A stretch of 64,000 nt of DNA, from the NCBI GenBank assembly GCA_963702845.1, contig OY969763.1, forward strand, positions 4,544,001 through 4,608,000. The letters are read 5' to 3'. Position numbers and translations under genes: made by a program. This stretch comes from an uncultured Verrucomicrobiae bacterium (lineage in GTDB: Bacteria; Verrucomicrobiota; Verrucomicrobiia; Limisphaerales; Palsa-1400). Of the stretch, positions 10,082 through 19,486 are shown piece by piece. The notes under the pieces are model-generated. The model was not told the origin of the DNA. It saw nothing but the letters and a program-made list of their open reading frames with translations, and ran no database searches. Each line of letters begins with the position of its first letter. Position 1 is the first letter of the stretch.

Positions 10082-10591
10082 ATGTTTAATGAGGAGATGT
10101 CTCAACGGTTGGAAATTTCACGGGAAGAAATGATCGATTTGCTAAATGAAGATTTAGCGCGCGAGTATCAAGCGGTCATTGCTTACACGGTCTACAGCCA
10201 GGTGATCAAAGGTGCCGAGTTCATGGACATCGCAAGCGAACTTGAGAAGCACGCAGGGGAAGAACTTGCGCACGCGATTAAGATTGCGAAGCAGATCGAT
10301 TACCTCGGCGGCATGCCGGTGGTCACGCCGAAGGCCGTGAAGACCTCGAACGACGCGGAGGAAATGCTGCGCTTCGATCTCGAGAACGAAGTCACGACCG
10401 TCGCCAATTATCGTCAACGCATTCGTCAGGCGGAAGCGATGGGTGAATTCGCGCTGGCGGAAACCTTGCGTGACATCATCGTCGAAGAGCAAGATCACGA
10501 AATCGATCTGGCAATGGCGCTTGGCATCGACGTTCCGCATCAGGAAATCGCCTCACAACCAGGCCGCGTTTCAAACGACCGGCGGTTCTGA
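10082..10591 (+). CDS. Ferritin-like / bacterioferritin family protein
   Basis: LAREYQA, EELAHA, IDYLGGMP and EEQDH di-iron motifs; GGGAGG RBS. Confidence 0.88.
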   Translation: MFNEEMSQRLEISREEMIDLLNEDLAREYQAVIAYTVYSQVIKGAEFMDIASELEKHAGEELAHAIKIAKQIDYLGGMPVVTPKAVKTSNDAEEMLRFDLENEVTTVANYRQRIRQAEAMGEFALAETLRDIIVEEQDHEIDLAMALGIDVPHQEIASQPGRVSNDRRF

Positions 10592-10595
10592 GTAG

Positions 10596-10970
10596 TCATT
10601 CGCCGTCTGAATACGAGTCGAGGGCGCGGCGGTCTTTTTTAGTGGGCCGACCTGCGCCTTTTGGCCTGTACATCGGCGGCAGTAAATTCGGCTCGCGCTT
10701 CTTTTCAAACTCCGACGCGGGCGTCAAGTCTTCCACATAGTCCTTCGCGATTTTCGCGCCGACGCGTTTTTCCAAAACCCCGAGCACTTTGAAAGTGCGT
10801 GTCATTTCATCCTTCTGAACAACGATTGTTTCGCCGATGCGCACTTCGCGCGATGGCTTTACCAACTTGCCGCCAATGGTCACGCGACCGTTGCGGCAGG
10901 CGTCGGTGGCAAGGGACCGCGTCTTGAAAACCCGCACGGCCCACAGCCATTTGTCGATCCGAACTTCCAT
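10596..10970 (-). CDS. hslR: S4-domain ribosome-associated heat shock protein Hsp15
   Basis: RIDKWLWAVRVFKTRSLA and GRPTKKDRR. Confidence 0.93.
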   Translation of the reverse strand: MEVRIDKWLWAVRVFKTRSLATDACRNGRVTIGGKLVKPSREVRIGETIVVQKDEMTRTFKVLGVLEKRVGAKIAKDYVEDLTPASEFEKKREPNLLPPMYRPKGAGRPTKKDRRALDSYSDGE

Positions 10971-10989
10971 CGCAGTATCCTAACACGCG

Positions 10990-11829
10990 TCAGCGCGGAC
11001 GCAGTATGCGAACCGGCGCCTTATCCGGGATGCGCGGCGGAACCGGAATCGCCTGCGGCACTGGCAGCGGTGGAGTCGGCTGAGCCGAAGTCGGCGCGGC
11101 TGTCGGCGCGGGAGAATTCGGTTTGGTGAACATCTCCTTCACGTTCGTAGCGATCTCGCCAATTTTGATGTCAGGAAATTTCAGATCATCAAATTTGAAC
11201 GGCGCCAGTGCGGCCAGATCTTTGATGTTTTGATCGAGCGATGAAGTTTGGGGTTGCGACGGTGCGGTAAAACTGCGGTCCACAATGTCGTAGCCGTTGA
11301 CAATCCACTCGAGCCGGCCGGTCTCGACATCGACGAGGAGGCCGTGCACGGGAATTTTCGGACCGATCAGCGGGCTGGACCGGATGATGTCGACGCCGCG
11401 GATGACGTTTTGCCGTTCGCTCGCAAAGAGGCCGAAAAACTCATTGAGATTGTCGGGAAGCTTCGAGCGATCGATGCCGATCGCTTTGAAACGATCGATG
11501 AGGGTTGAAACACTTGTCTGGCGCACTTTGCAGTCGGTATGTCCAATGATGGCGATCTCGCGACCGCCTTTGATCGCACACGCAAGCGCGAGTGTGCGCA
11601 TCATACTGCTGAAGGGATCAAAGATGATGTTGCCGGCGTTGCGCAGCCAAATGAACTGCTCTTCTGGCAATCCGAGCACACCGGGGAACAAATGGTTCAA
11701 ACGCGGATCAATGCAGGTCAGCGCGACGACGGGAAGGTCATTGGGAAAATCGTCAGGGCGAATGCCGGCGCTCGTGTCGCCAGTGACAGCGCGGTGATTG
11801 GCATCGAGCATTGCGTCGAACAATCGCAT
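10990..11829 (-). CDS. Beta-class carbonic anhydrase with Pro-rich C-terminal tail
   Basis: CIDPR, RNAG and HTDC zinc motifs; start at MRLFDAM (11829). Confidence 0.88.
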   Translation of the reverse strand: MRLFDAMLDANHRAVTGDTSAGIRPDDFPNDLPVVALTCIDPRLNHLFPGVLGLPEEQFIWLRNAGNIIFDPFSSMMRTLALACAIKGGREIAIIGHTDCKVRQTSVSTLIDRFKAIGIDRSKLPDNLNEFFGLFASERQNVIRGVDIIRSSPLIGPKIPVHGLLVDVETGRLEWIVNGYDIVDRSFTAPSQPQTSSLDQNIKDLAALAPFKFDDLKFPDIKIGEIATNVKEMFTKPNSPAPTAAPTSAQPTPPLPVPQAIPVPPRIPDKAPVRILRPR

Positions 11830-11900
11830 GGCAGGACGATAGCGACCCAACCGCAAGAGTGAAAGCGAAAGTAAACACGCGCGCGTCAACCTCGGCGCAA

Positions 11901-11951
11901 GGTAGGGATGCGGCGCTGCCGCGTCCTGGACGACGCACTGCGTCGCCATAC
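11901..11951. repeat. GTAG-type REP doublet
   Basis: GGTAGGGATGCGGCGCTGCCGCGTCC followed by an inverted hairpin GGACGACGCACTGCGTCGCCATAC. Confidence 0.6.
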
Positions 11952-11956
11952 AGACC

Positions 11957-12673
11957 CTAAACACTCGCGCGCAAACGTTCAGTGACTCGCTTCCAATGGG
12001 TGCCGTGCCAGAAGAGGTGGCCGCACCGCGTGCATTTCCAATACTCGTCAAGCCACAGAAAGGTGCGGGGCGGGATTCGGTCTTTAACCGCTTCTTTATC
12101 CACCGGGACCAATTCGCCGCCGCAACGCATGCAGCGCGAGTCGGCTTCGGGCAGGTCCAGCTCCGCGCGGACGAGCCGCAGTTGCTCGAAGATGGTCAGG
12201 GTCGGCGGAACCCAGATGGCGCGGACGCGTCCATGCGCAATGGGTCGGCGATCGAGGAGGAAACTATCGGTGGTGATGATGATGGCGTTTATCTCTTCGG
12301 CGCGCGCAACGAGATCCGCATCGGAAATATCCTGCACCCAAAGCGCGTCGCAGCCAGAGGCCCGCAACCATCGTGCGAGTCCGCCCAATCCGGCATCACA
12401 AAACACTTTCGGGGCCGCGTCTCTCTTGCCAGCCAACGCGGAGGCCGGCTTTGCTTCCTTAGCCAAGGCCAGGTTGGCCCGCAAGCGATGCAACTTCTCC
12501 GCCAGCGCGATATTCATTTCCGCGAGGGCGTGACTGGTGGTCGTGTGGTCGTTGCGCGCCCGGTCATCGGCCTGTGCGAAGAGCCAGCGAATGCCCTTGT
12601 CGCTCTGTCGCGTTCCGGCTTCGGCCAAAAGCTGGCGAAACCGCCGCTCAAACGCTCGCCCAATCCTGCTCAC
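11957..12673 (-). CDS. Mut7-C RNase (PIN-like) domain protein with zinc ribbon
   Basis: FCDAGLGGLARWLRASGCDA, IITTD, RCMRCGG, CTRCGHLFWHGTH; start inferred at GTG 12673. Confidence 0.85.
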   Translation of the reverse strand: MSRIGRAFERRFRQLLAEAGTRQSDKGIRWLFAQADDRARNDHTTTSHALAEMNIALAEKLHRLRANLALAKEAKPASALAGKRDAAPKVFCDAGLGGLARWLRASGCDALWVQDISDADLVARAEEINAIIITTDSFLLDRRPIAHGRVRAIWVPPTLTIFEQLRLVRAELDLPEADSRCMRCGGELVPVDKEAVKDRIPPRTFLWLDEYWKCTRCGHLFWHGTHWKRVTERLRASV

Positions 12674-12676
12674 ATC

Positions 12677-12708
12677 TTCAATGTGCCATTTCTCGCGCCC
12701 ACCGCGAA
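12677..12708. repeat. 32-bp direct repeat, copy 1 (copy 2 at 14958-14989)
   Basis: TTCAATGTGCCATTTCTCGCGCCC[A/G]CCGCGAA, one mismatch. Confidence 0.85.
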
Positions 12709-12745
12709 GCGCCTGGTACGGACGATTGCGAACCGGACGTTCCGG

Positions 12746-12797
12746 TCCACGTCGTCCGAAACTTCTTCCCAAACTCCCAGGAGTGACCTGTTTATAG
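12746..12797. repeat. ~52-bp inverted repeat, left copy (right copy at 19423-19477)
   Basis: Reverse complement CTATAAACAGGTCACTCCTGGGAGTTTGGGAAGAAGTTTCGGACGACGTGGA vs CTATAAACCGGTCACTCCTAGCGGAGTTTTGGGACGAAGTTTCGGACGACGTGGA. Confidence 0.85.
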
Positions 12798-12898
12798 CTC
12801 CACGACACCCCATTTATTTTATCGTTTCCGGGCGAAGGATCGCGAGTGAACGCGAATCCCCACATGATTTTCGGGATTGCGGGTGACGTGAGAAGTTC

Positions 12899-13561
12899 TT
12901 ACTGAAAGGCCATCGCGAGGTCGTGCACTTGGGCGCGATCATCGGACGAGAGGTTCTGTTTGAAATGTTTTGACACAAGAATTGCGGCCTTGATGGATTG
13001 CTTTTCTTCTTCCCCAAGTTGTTTGTCGGCATGACCGTGCTCGCCCTGAAACCGCACAGTAACTTGTGCCGGTTGAATCAATCTCTCGATAGGGTCATTG
13101 TCCTTACTGATATCAATCCGCCCGCATTCACGGACTTTACCGCCAGTTGCTACCTCGTGTCTAATTTTGTCGTCTGGTAGTCGGAATACATCCTTGGTGT
13201 CAGGGAGGAAACAAATCCCGTTCATAAAAATCCAGTCATCGCCAACGTACTCGGCAACAAGGTCAATATGTACTGTGCCGCTATCCCAAACATATACGTT
13301 GGCGCGCACTTCACTTTGTAAATCCCGGCGACCAAAGGCGTATGTGGTGAATTTATTTAACTCATCGCGTATGGTAGTAGCATCCGCGAGAATTATGGCT
13401 ATGTCTGAATGACATTGTGCTTCAAGCTGTTCTGTTGACTGTTGCTTTTGCTGTTCGTGGAGCGCGGCGACTTTTTCGGGGATTACGTCGTTCGTTTGTG
13501 CCAACGCCGAAAAGCCAAGCCAACAAAACAAGGCCAGCACGATTGGTTTCAATAGATGCAT
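12899..13561 (-). CDS. Secreted hypothetical protein
   Basis: Signal peptide ending ALA-Q; more AT-rich than core genes; possible sigma54-like site TGGCACACATCACGCT at 13588-13603 (minus strand). Confidence 0.7.
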   Translation of the reverse strand: MHLLKPIVLALFCWLGFSALAQTNDVIPEKVAALHEQQKQQSTEQLEAQCHSDIAIILADATTIRDELNKFTTYAFGRRDLQSEVRANVYVWDSGTVHIDLVAEYVGDDWIFMNGICFLPDTKDVFRLPDDKIRHEVATGGKVRECGRIDISKDNDPIERLIQPAQVTVRFQGEHGHADKQLGEEEKQSIKAAILVSKHFKQNLSSDDRAQVHDLAMAFQ

Positions 13562-13606
13562 CGAAAATAGAAGTCTGATGTGAGAGAAGCGTGATGTGTG
13601 CCAATC

Positions 13607-14866
13607 TCATCGTGGATGGAGCAAGTCAGAACATCGGTAACACTTTTGGTTCAATACATAGGTAACACATTTGTTGTTTAGGGTTACACTTCTTTCTGTT
13701 TTGGTTCCTCGCCTTTGAGCCTGCCCTGTACGGGCAGGCTCAAAGGCGAACGTGCCCGGATCTAAATGACCCAGCAAAAGTTTGCTGAACCATATCTCTA
13801 TCAGCCCATCGGTTCGCGGTCTCAGGCCCACCGACCACCCATTCAATGCAGTCGTGATAAATATCTCTTCACCCCCGTATCGAATGCTACCGCCCGGCTT
13901 ACTGATTTTTCGTCGGTCAGCGCCCTCATATTCGATGTCATCCGGTGTGCCTTCAAATCGCCGGTCCGAGCGACAATAGACTTCCGCCGGCATTTTCATC
14001 TCCAAGGCCTCGTGTGGCCGCTCCTGATTATATTCATCGCGCCACACATCAAAGGCCGCTTGATCGCGCCCTACGCGACCGGCTTGCAACTCTTGACGCA
14101 CTCCGATGCATCCGCTCATGACCCCCATTGTCCTGCGGACAACCAGGACGACTACGCTCTAAATCAATGCCCAAGGCCAACCACCACACCGAGAGCCTGC
14201 TCAAACCCAACAGCGATCGAGCGCTGGCAAAGGGACTGCCATTATCGCTTCGGATCGCTGCCGGAAAGCCGTAACGTTCAAAGAGCCCCTCGAAGCACGC
14301 CTGCACCGATTCGGTCCGGCTGTCGCCCAGTATCCGCATATCCAATAGCATGCGACTGTATTCGTCTCTTACCGTCAATGGCTCAACACGTAACCCGTCG
14401 CGGCCCTTCCACCAGCCTTTGAAGTCCACTGTCCAGATATCGTTGGGCTTCTCTGCCTTGATGCCGCTGGTCAATCGACCCGCTTCACTGCTGCGCCGCA
14501 GTCGCCGCGGCACCGTCAACCCGGCACGTTCCAGAACTCGTTTGAAACTGCTTTCGCTGGGAGCTTCTCCTCCATGCTTGCGTTGATACAATGCGGCAAC
14601 CTTGCGCGGCCCCCAATGCGGATGGGCCGTCTTTAAACGCACGATCTCACAGACCACCTGCTCGGTGAGCTGATCGGCGTGAGCGTGCGGACGGCGACTC
14701 AAATCACTCATGCCGTCCAGCCCGCGCGCTATAAAGCGTTCCCGCCACTTGATCGGTTCGGTGCTGATCCCATACTCGCCACACAGCTCACGAAAGTTCA
14801 TACAGTTCATCGACTTGATCGCAAACTCGATTCGTTGATCCATCTTCTGGTCTCTTTCCACGGCAT
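13607..14866 (-). pseudogene. IS481-family DDE transposase, frameshifted as assembled
   Basis: MPWKET start at 14866; HPHWGPRK, WTVDFKG, IRSDNGSPF, NGGHERMHR, YNQERPHEAL; frame breaks near 14848 and 14100. Confidence 0.85.
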
Positions 14867-14954
14867 CGACAACGTCTCTCAACACTGTCTCTACCTGTAA
14901 AGTGTTACCCATGTTCTGAACCATCTGTGTTACCTATGTTCTGAACCTGCACCA
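13617..14954 (-). mobile_element. IS481-family insertion sequence
   Basis: Imperfect ~50-bp terminal IRs built from repeated GGTTCAGAACATRGGTAACAC units at both ends; encloses a DDE transposase. Confidence 0.85.
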
Positions 14955-14957
14955 CTG

Positions 14958-14989
14958 TTCAATGTGCCATTTCTCGCGCCCGCCGCGAA
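14958..14989. repeat. 32-bp direct repeat, copy 2
   Basis: Matches 12677-12708 at 31/32; lies immediately outside the IS481 end. Confidence 0.85.
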
Positions 14990-15016
14990 TGATCGTGGGA
15001 AATTAGTCGGAGTTTC

Positions 15017-15050
15017 AACGCAAAGGCGCGAAGATCGCTGAGGCGCAAAG
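15017..15050 (+). repeat. Short degenerate 8-9-mer tandem repeat
   Basis: AACGCAAAG GCGCGAAG ATCGCTGAG GCGCAAAG; a similar style occurs at 23265-23291 (AACCACCAAG ACGCCAAG GCACCAAAA). Confidence 0.5.
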
Positions 15051-15107
15051 GGGGTCGACCTTAATGTTTACATTAACTGACGGTGTTTGAGCCGTTTTCG
15101 TTTTGCT

Positions 15108-15529
15108 TTTTACCCTCGCCGAAAAGCCGGGATGCGTCGCGGAGGTAGATGGCAAAAGGAATCCACCAGATGAAGTCGTTGGTCACGCACATCACGATGG
15201 TGGCGAGCGGCCAGAGCGCCCGTCACGATGAGTTGCAGGAGCCCGATAGGGCCAAAGATTTTTCCGGCAAGGCCCACCGCCGCGAATACCCACCCCCGCT
15301 CAGGCCGACGGGCAACCTCGATATAGACCACGCCATAGAGCCCGACGACCATACCGAGGCATGCGAAAATTTGCGGATGATTCAGCGGCGGCATGCCGGC
15401 GAAACGAAAGAGCCATTGCGGATCGAGCACCGCAAAAATACCCCACGCAATATTATACAGACCTGCGGCAATAAACACGGCGCGGTGCAGTCGTCGGTGC
15501 GGGATTGGGTTGGCGGGTTCAGCGTTCAT
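15108..15529 (-). pseudogene. Small membrane protein, frameshifted near 15215
   Basis: AAGLYNIAWG, CLGMVVGLYG, GLAGKIFGPIG; continues as WPLATIVMCVTNDFIWWIPFAIYL in another frame. Confidence 0.7.
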
Positions 15530-16071
15530 TGGGGATTTTCGGCCACGGCCAGTATCCATGCGGAAGTTCCAGTGCCGCGTACAGGTCGCGGCAGCCCGAG
15601 AAAAAAACACCGGCGGCCATGAGGCTGAGCGCCCAAAGCAGAGAGTCGGGCACAGGATTGCGGGCTGCAACGAGGCCGTCGGGCTCGTGCCACCATTGCC
15701 ACAGGGTGGGGATCAAAAAGGCAATCATCGCGCCGTAGGTGATGGCCATTACGTTGTGGGTTACCCGCTCGCCCGCATAGACATCGCCGAACGGTTTTCG
15801 TTCCGTGGCCTCCACAATAAAGTCGGCCATGGTGAAGATGGTTTCGGCGAAAGGATGCCCGCCACAACAGCACCCACCAACCGCGACAAGCCAGCCAGGG
15901 CAGCGTGACAAACATTGCGGCATAAAAGAAATCGCGCGCGGCATGTAGTTTCAATTCCGACGCGACCGCGCGACCGCGAGCCGGGAGACGGGCACGCCAC
16001 TCATGATAGTAGGCGGTATCGAATGCGCCGAGCAGCCCCAGAAGAGCAAGGGGCCACAGTACCGTGGTCAT
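15519..16071 (-). pseudogene. Membrane protein, frameshifted near 15850-15870
   Basis: GAFDTAYYHEWRARLP...ELKLHAARDFFY joins AETIFTMADFIVE...AGERVTHNVMAITYGA across frames. Confidence 0.7.
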
Positions 16072-16116
16072 GGTTTAATAGCTCCGGCGATGCTTGGAAA
16101 GTTACTCAACTTCTCG

Positions 16117-16709
16117 TTAAACATTCAGACGGCCCTCATACGCGATCAGCAACCCGACTAATGGAATGGTGACGCGAACGTTCACCCGCACGGCATCGGG
16201 TCCGTCAGGCATCTCGCTCCCAACCACACGGGGAGCGAAAAAGCGGGCAGCGGAACCCAGCCCCGCCATAACGCGGCCCCGACCTGATGGTAAACCAGTC
16301 CGCCATTTTCCACGTGGAGCCGGACGCGAATTTCGACACCGGCAAATCGCTCCACCAAGCAGCCCTGACGGTCGCGCGATTGAAAGGTCACCAAGGTATG
16401 TCCATCGAATTCCCGCCGCCACATTTCTCCGTCGGCGGTGGGTTGCACGAGCAGGCGGACGTTCGCCGCTTGGCTCGGCTTCGGTAGGCGAAGGGTGCAA
16501 GCGAGCGAGCGGCCGAACCAGTTCTTCGCGGCTTCGATGCGAAATACTCCTGTGCAGGCGATTTCAGCCCCATTGCAATGGGCGTGCTGATCGGGAGCTG
16601 CGAGGGAATTCCAGGCGGCGCCGAGCAGACTTGGATAGAGTGCGGCGGCTACTGGCACCGAGGAGGCGTCCAGCGCGCGGACCCTCGTGACAGCCGGTTC
16701 AGAATTCAT
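16117..16709 (-). pseudogene. DUF4166-like protein, frameshifted near 16225
   Basis: LGAAWNSL, GEMWRREF, LVERF and C-terminal VTIPLVGLLIAYEGRL in a second frame. Confidence 0.7.
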
Positions 16710-18093
16710 CGGAACGATTGTTGGATGCTGGCCGGAGCGTAGCGCGGTGGTGGAGGAATCGAGTTTTTCCCCGTCGCTTGTAATACAGCACCTTGTCCAC
16801 GTTTCGTTTAATGGCGTACGATGCTGCCACAGTTAACGCATAATATAGAAAAATGTTTTGGTCTTCGATGATCGTGTCTTTGCGTTCAAATCCGGGAATT
16901 AGTGATACGTGGTAGATTGACGCGAGATCGTTGGCTTCGTCGGTCCCAATTTCCTGCGACTCCACGAGAATATATTCTAATGGAATAATTTTTGTCTTCG
17001 CTTGATCGGTCGCGCCAAACAATAACGTGCGGATTTTTTCTTCAAATAAATCGTTCGCGAAATAACAGAGATCCGAAAACGACCAATTCGAGCTGGGGTG
17101 AGTCAATCCATTTTGCAAAGTCGTCGAACGCGATAGGAGCAGACACGAACGGTTTGAGTTTGGTTGAAGTTTCTGACTCTCGATTGGCTACCTTCTTCAG
17201 CCAATCCGCTACGAGGACTCCAGCGATGACCGTATTGATTGCAGGTTGCGGAACCGCTGCCAGTCTACGACTGAAAGATGCGGATGCGCGATGGCAACGG
17301 ATGGTGATTTCGTGATCCCGGTTGAGTTATCACGGGGTCGAACGCCTGACGGCCAAAAGGAAGATGGTGGCATTTTCGGCGCGGGCTTCACGTAACGCAC
17401 CCCGTCTACCGTAAATACGAGATCGCGGCTGGGCATTCTGGAATGCGCGTCCGGCAACTCGGTTCTCATCATATCGAGAGCGAGCCGTTCCGCGAATTTA
17501 CTCCATTGCTCTACGAGTTTGGAATAGCTTGGAAACAAAGCTTTGATATTGATAGGAATACCTTCGAAAGGTTCGATCAGGAAGTTATCGAAAGCGTCAC
17601 TGTAGTAGTAGATTCCACCGCAGATTACCCAATCAATTTCTTCACCATAACTTCGCACACATCTGAATGTAACTTGTTTGAACTCATCGTGAGATAGCGC
17701 GGTATAACCGACGTTCAAGATCACAAGGACGCGAACTTTAGGCGGAGTATATCGAACAGACGTTTGCGCGAGTTGATCCGCCGCCTTCTTAACGTGACGT
17801 TTAATCGGGCCAAGGACGATTTCGTAGTAGTGCGCAGTTTCTTCTTCGGTTAAATTACGTGGATTGATGATGACGACCGGAGACTTGGGTCTCGTTGGCC
17901 GGAAGAGCTTTGCCAACTTTTCCCGCCGAGTTGTTTTTTCAAATCCCTCTTCTTCGACAAGCTTCAATTCGATTACCGCCTCGTTGAGAATATAATCCGC
18001 GGAGGATTCCTCGCACACGCGATTGCCGCCGGCTTTCGTAGCGATTTCGTCGAAATCTGGTTCGGAAATCTTTTTTATTCGAAGATAATCCAT
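16699..18093 (-). pseudogene. Hypothetical protein, probably one gene split by two indels; possible PD-(D/E)xK fold
   Basis: 294-aa and 139-aa ORFs bridged by the open segment ADWLKKVANRESETSTKLKPFVSAPIAFDDFAKWID in a third frame; SADY...IELK motif. Confidence 0.55.
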
Positions 18094-18161
18094 TCGGTTT
18101 TATTTATTTTTGATCAGCGGGTTCTTTGGGATAACGGGATAAATGCTACGCCGAAATTAGC

Positions 18162-18576
18162 TTAGTTTTTTACTTTTCTCTTTGTAAACACGTCGTGAGC
18201 GCCGCTTTCTCCGTCTCTGATCGCAAGGTGCCACAGGGTTGGGTCGTCGTGGTCGGCTACCCAGTATAAAATTATTCCGCTCCAGGTGCCGCCGTTAAAG
18301 AGAACAACAGCGTTAGTGCGGATGTCTGCGCCTTCTGGTTTTACGTCGTGCAGAATTGTCGGCAGGGAATTCAATCCGCGCCTCTAAGCTTTTTGTCTTC
18401 GCCATGAGCTTGTTTGATTAGCTGGTCACAAGCGGCTGCGACGTTTGAGTAATATTGTTGGGTGCGGAAGCGGAAGGTAGATAACGGAAGCGATACGGGT
18501 CCAAGACGACAACGGTAACGAGCCAGAAGATGAAAAGTGCCGCAATAATTTTTAGAACGAACTTAATGAGCTTCAC
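18162..18576 (-). pseudogene. Small membrane-anchored hypothetical protein, frameshifted
   Basis: GTG start with hydrophobic MKLIKFVLKIIAALFIFWLVTVVVL; protein-like segments continue in shifted frames to the stop at 18162. Confidence 0.45.
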
Positions 18577-18623
18577 CCGTCACCACGATGCGGGATGGCG
18601 TTCGTTTGCGGCAAGTCATTACT

Positions 18624-18727
18624 GGTAGGGCGCGTCACTCCGTGCGCGCCGTTTTCTGCGTTAGAATTTTGATCCGTGAACGTTTCTCGCCCCGCCCCTC
18701 GGCGCGCGTGGAGCGACGCGCCCTGCC
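18624..18727. repeat. REP doublet (REPIN) downstream of the RAYT
   Basis: GGTAGGGCGCGTCACTCCGTGCGCGCCG, spacer, inverted CGGCGCGCGTGGAGCGACGCGCCCTGCC. Confidence 0.88.
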
Positions 18728-18736
18728 TCTGGCATT

Positions 18737-19208
18737 CTACACGTTGAGGCGAGGTGGGGGACGGTCAGCGGCACGGTAGACCCAAGGCCAATCTTCGGGA
18801 CATGCGCAGAGGTTTTTGCGAATTGGGTTGCGCAGGATGTAGTCAATTTTTTCGCGCTCTTCGTGTTCGGTTCGTAAACGGTGATCGAAAAAATCGCGCT
18901 GCCATTGGATCGGTTGGTTCGTGGCCAGGTAGTGTTTCCAATTGCTTATTGTTTGTTTTATCCCGGTTTCGCGAGGGAAGGCAATGATGGCGTGCAGGTG
19001 GTCGGGCATGAGCAACATCAAACGGCAGTGCCATGCGAATTTTTGGTGATTGTGCGCCGCGGCCGCGAAGACGGCGGGACCGATGTCGGGTTGACAGAGT
19101 TGGTTTTGGCCGCGCGGGATGCAGTTTATTGTGATGAAGTAGAAGGAGCCTTCCGCGACCCATGAGGGCATTTCGTGTCCGAGGCGTCTCGCGTTGAGGG
19201 AACGACAT
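18737..19208 (-). CDS. REP-associated tyrosine transposase (RAYT, Y1/HUH family)
   Basis: FYFIT, LMPDHLH (HUH), WQRDFFDHRLR, YILRNP, PEDWPW; start either ATG 19171 or ATG 19208 with a frameshift (MSFPQR/RRLGHEMPSW). Confidence 0.9.
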
Positions 19209-19250
19209 GGGAAAAACAAAGCAGGGCGAGATTGCGCAATCAATGCAAAA

Positions 19251-19352
19251 GGTAGGGCGCGCCGCTCCGCGCGCGCCGTTTTTTTCGTTAGATTTTGATT
19301 TGAACGGTTCGGTTGTCGAGGAACGGCGCGCGCAGAGCGATCGCGCCCTACC
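19251..19352. repeat. REP doublet (REPIN) upstream of the RAYT
   Basis: GGTAGGGCGCGCCGCTCCGCGCGCGCCG ... CGGCGCGCGCAGAGCGATCGCGCCCTACC; spacer resembles that of 18624-18727. Confidence 0.88.
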
Positions 19353-19422
19353 TTAAGATGTTTCCGCGCGCTCGTCACCCGCAGCGAGCGCGCGGAACAA
19401 AAAATCATAGGGCGTTTTGCTT

Positions 19423-19486
19423 CTATAAACCGGTCACTCCTAGCGGAGTTTTGGGACGAAGTTTCGGACGACGTGGAAGTCGTCCC
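19423..19486. repeat. Composite REP-like repeat, inverted copy of 12746-12797
   Basis: Contains hairpins ACTCCTAGCGGAGT and GGACGACGTGGAAGTCGTCC; the second recurs at 23360-23385. Confidence 0.8.

Noticed and set aside
10082..10591. Encapsulin cargo ferritin
   Set aside because: No encapsulin gene nearby and no recognisable targeting peptide
11830..12865. Long N-terminal extensions of the carbonic anhydrase and Mut7-C ORFs in the track
   Set aside because: They run through REP elements or the neighbouring gene; downstream starts fit the domain boundaries better
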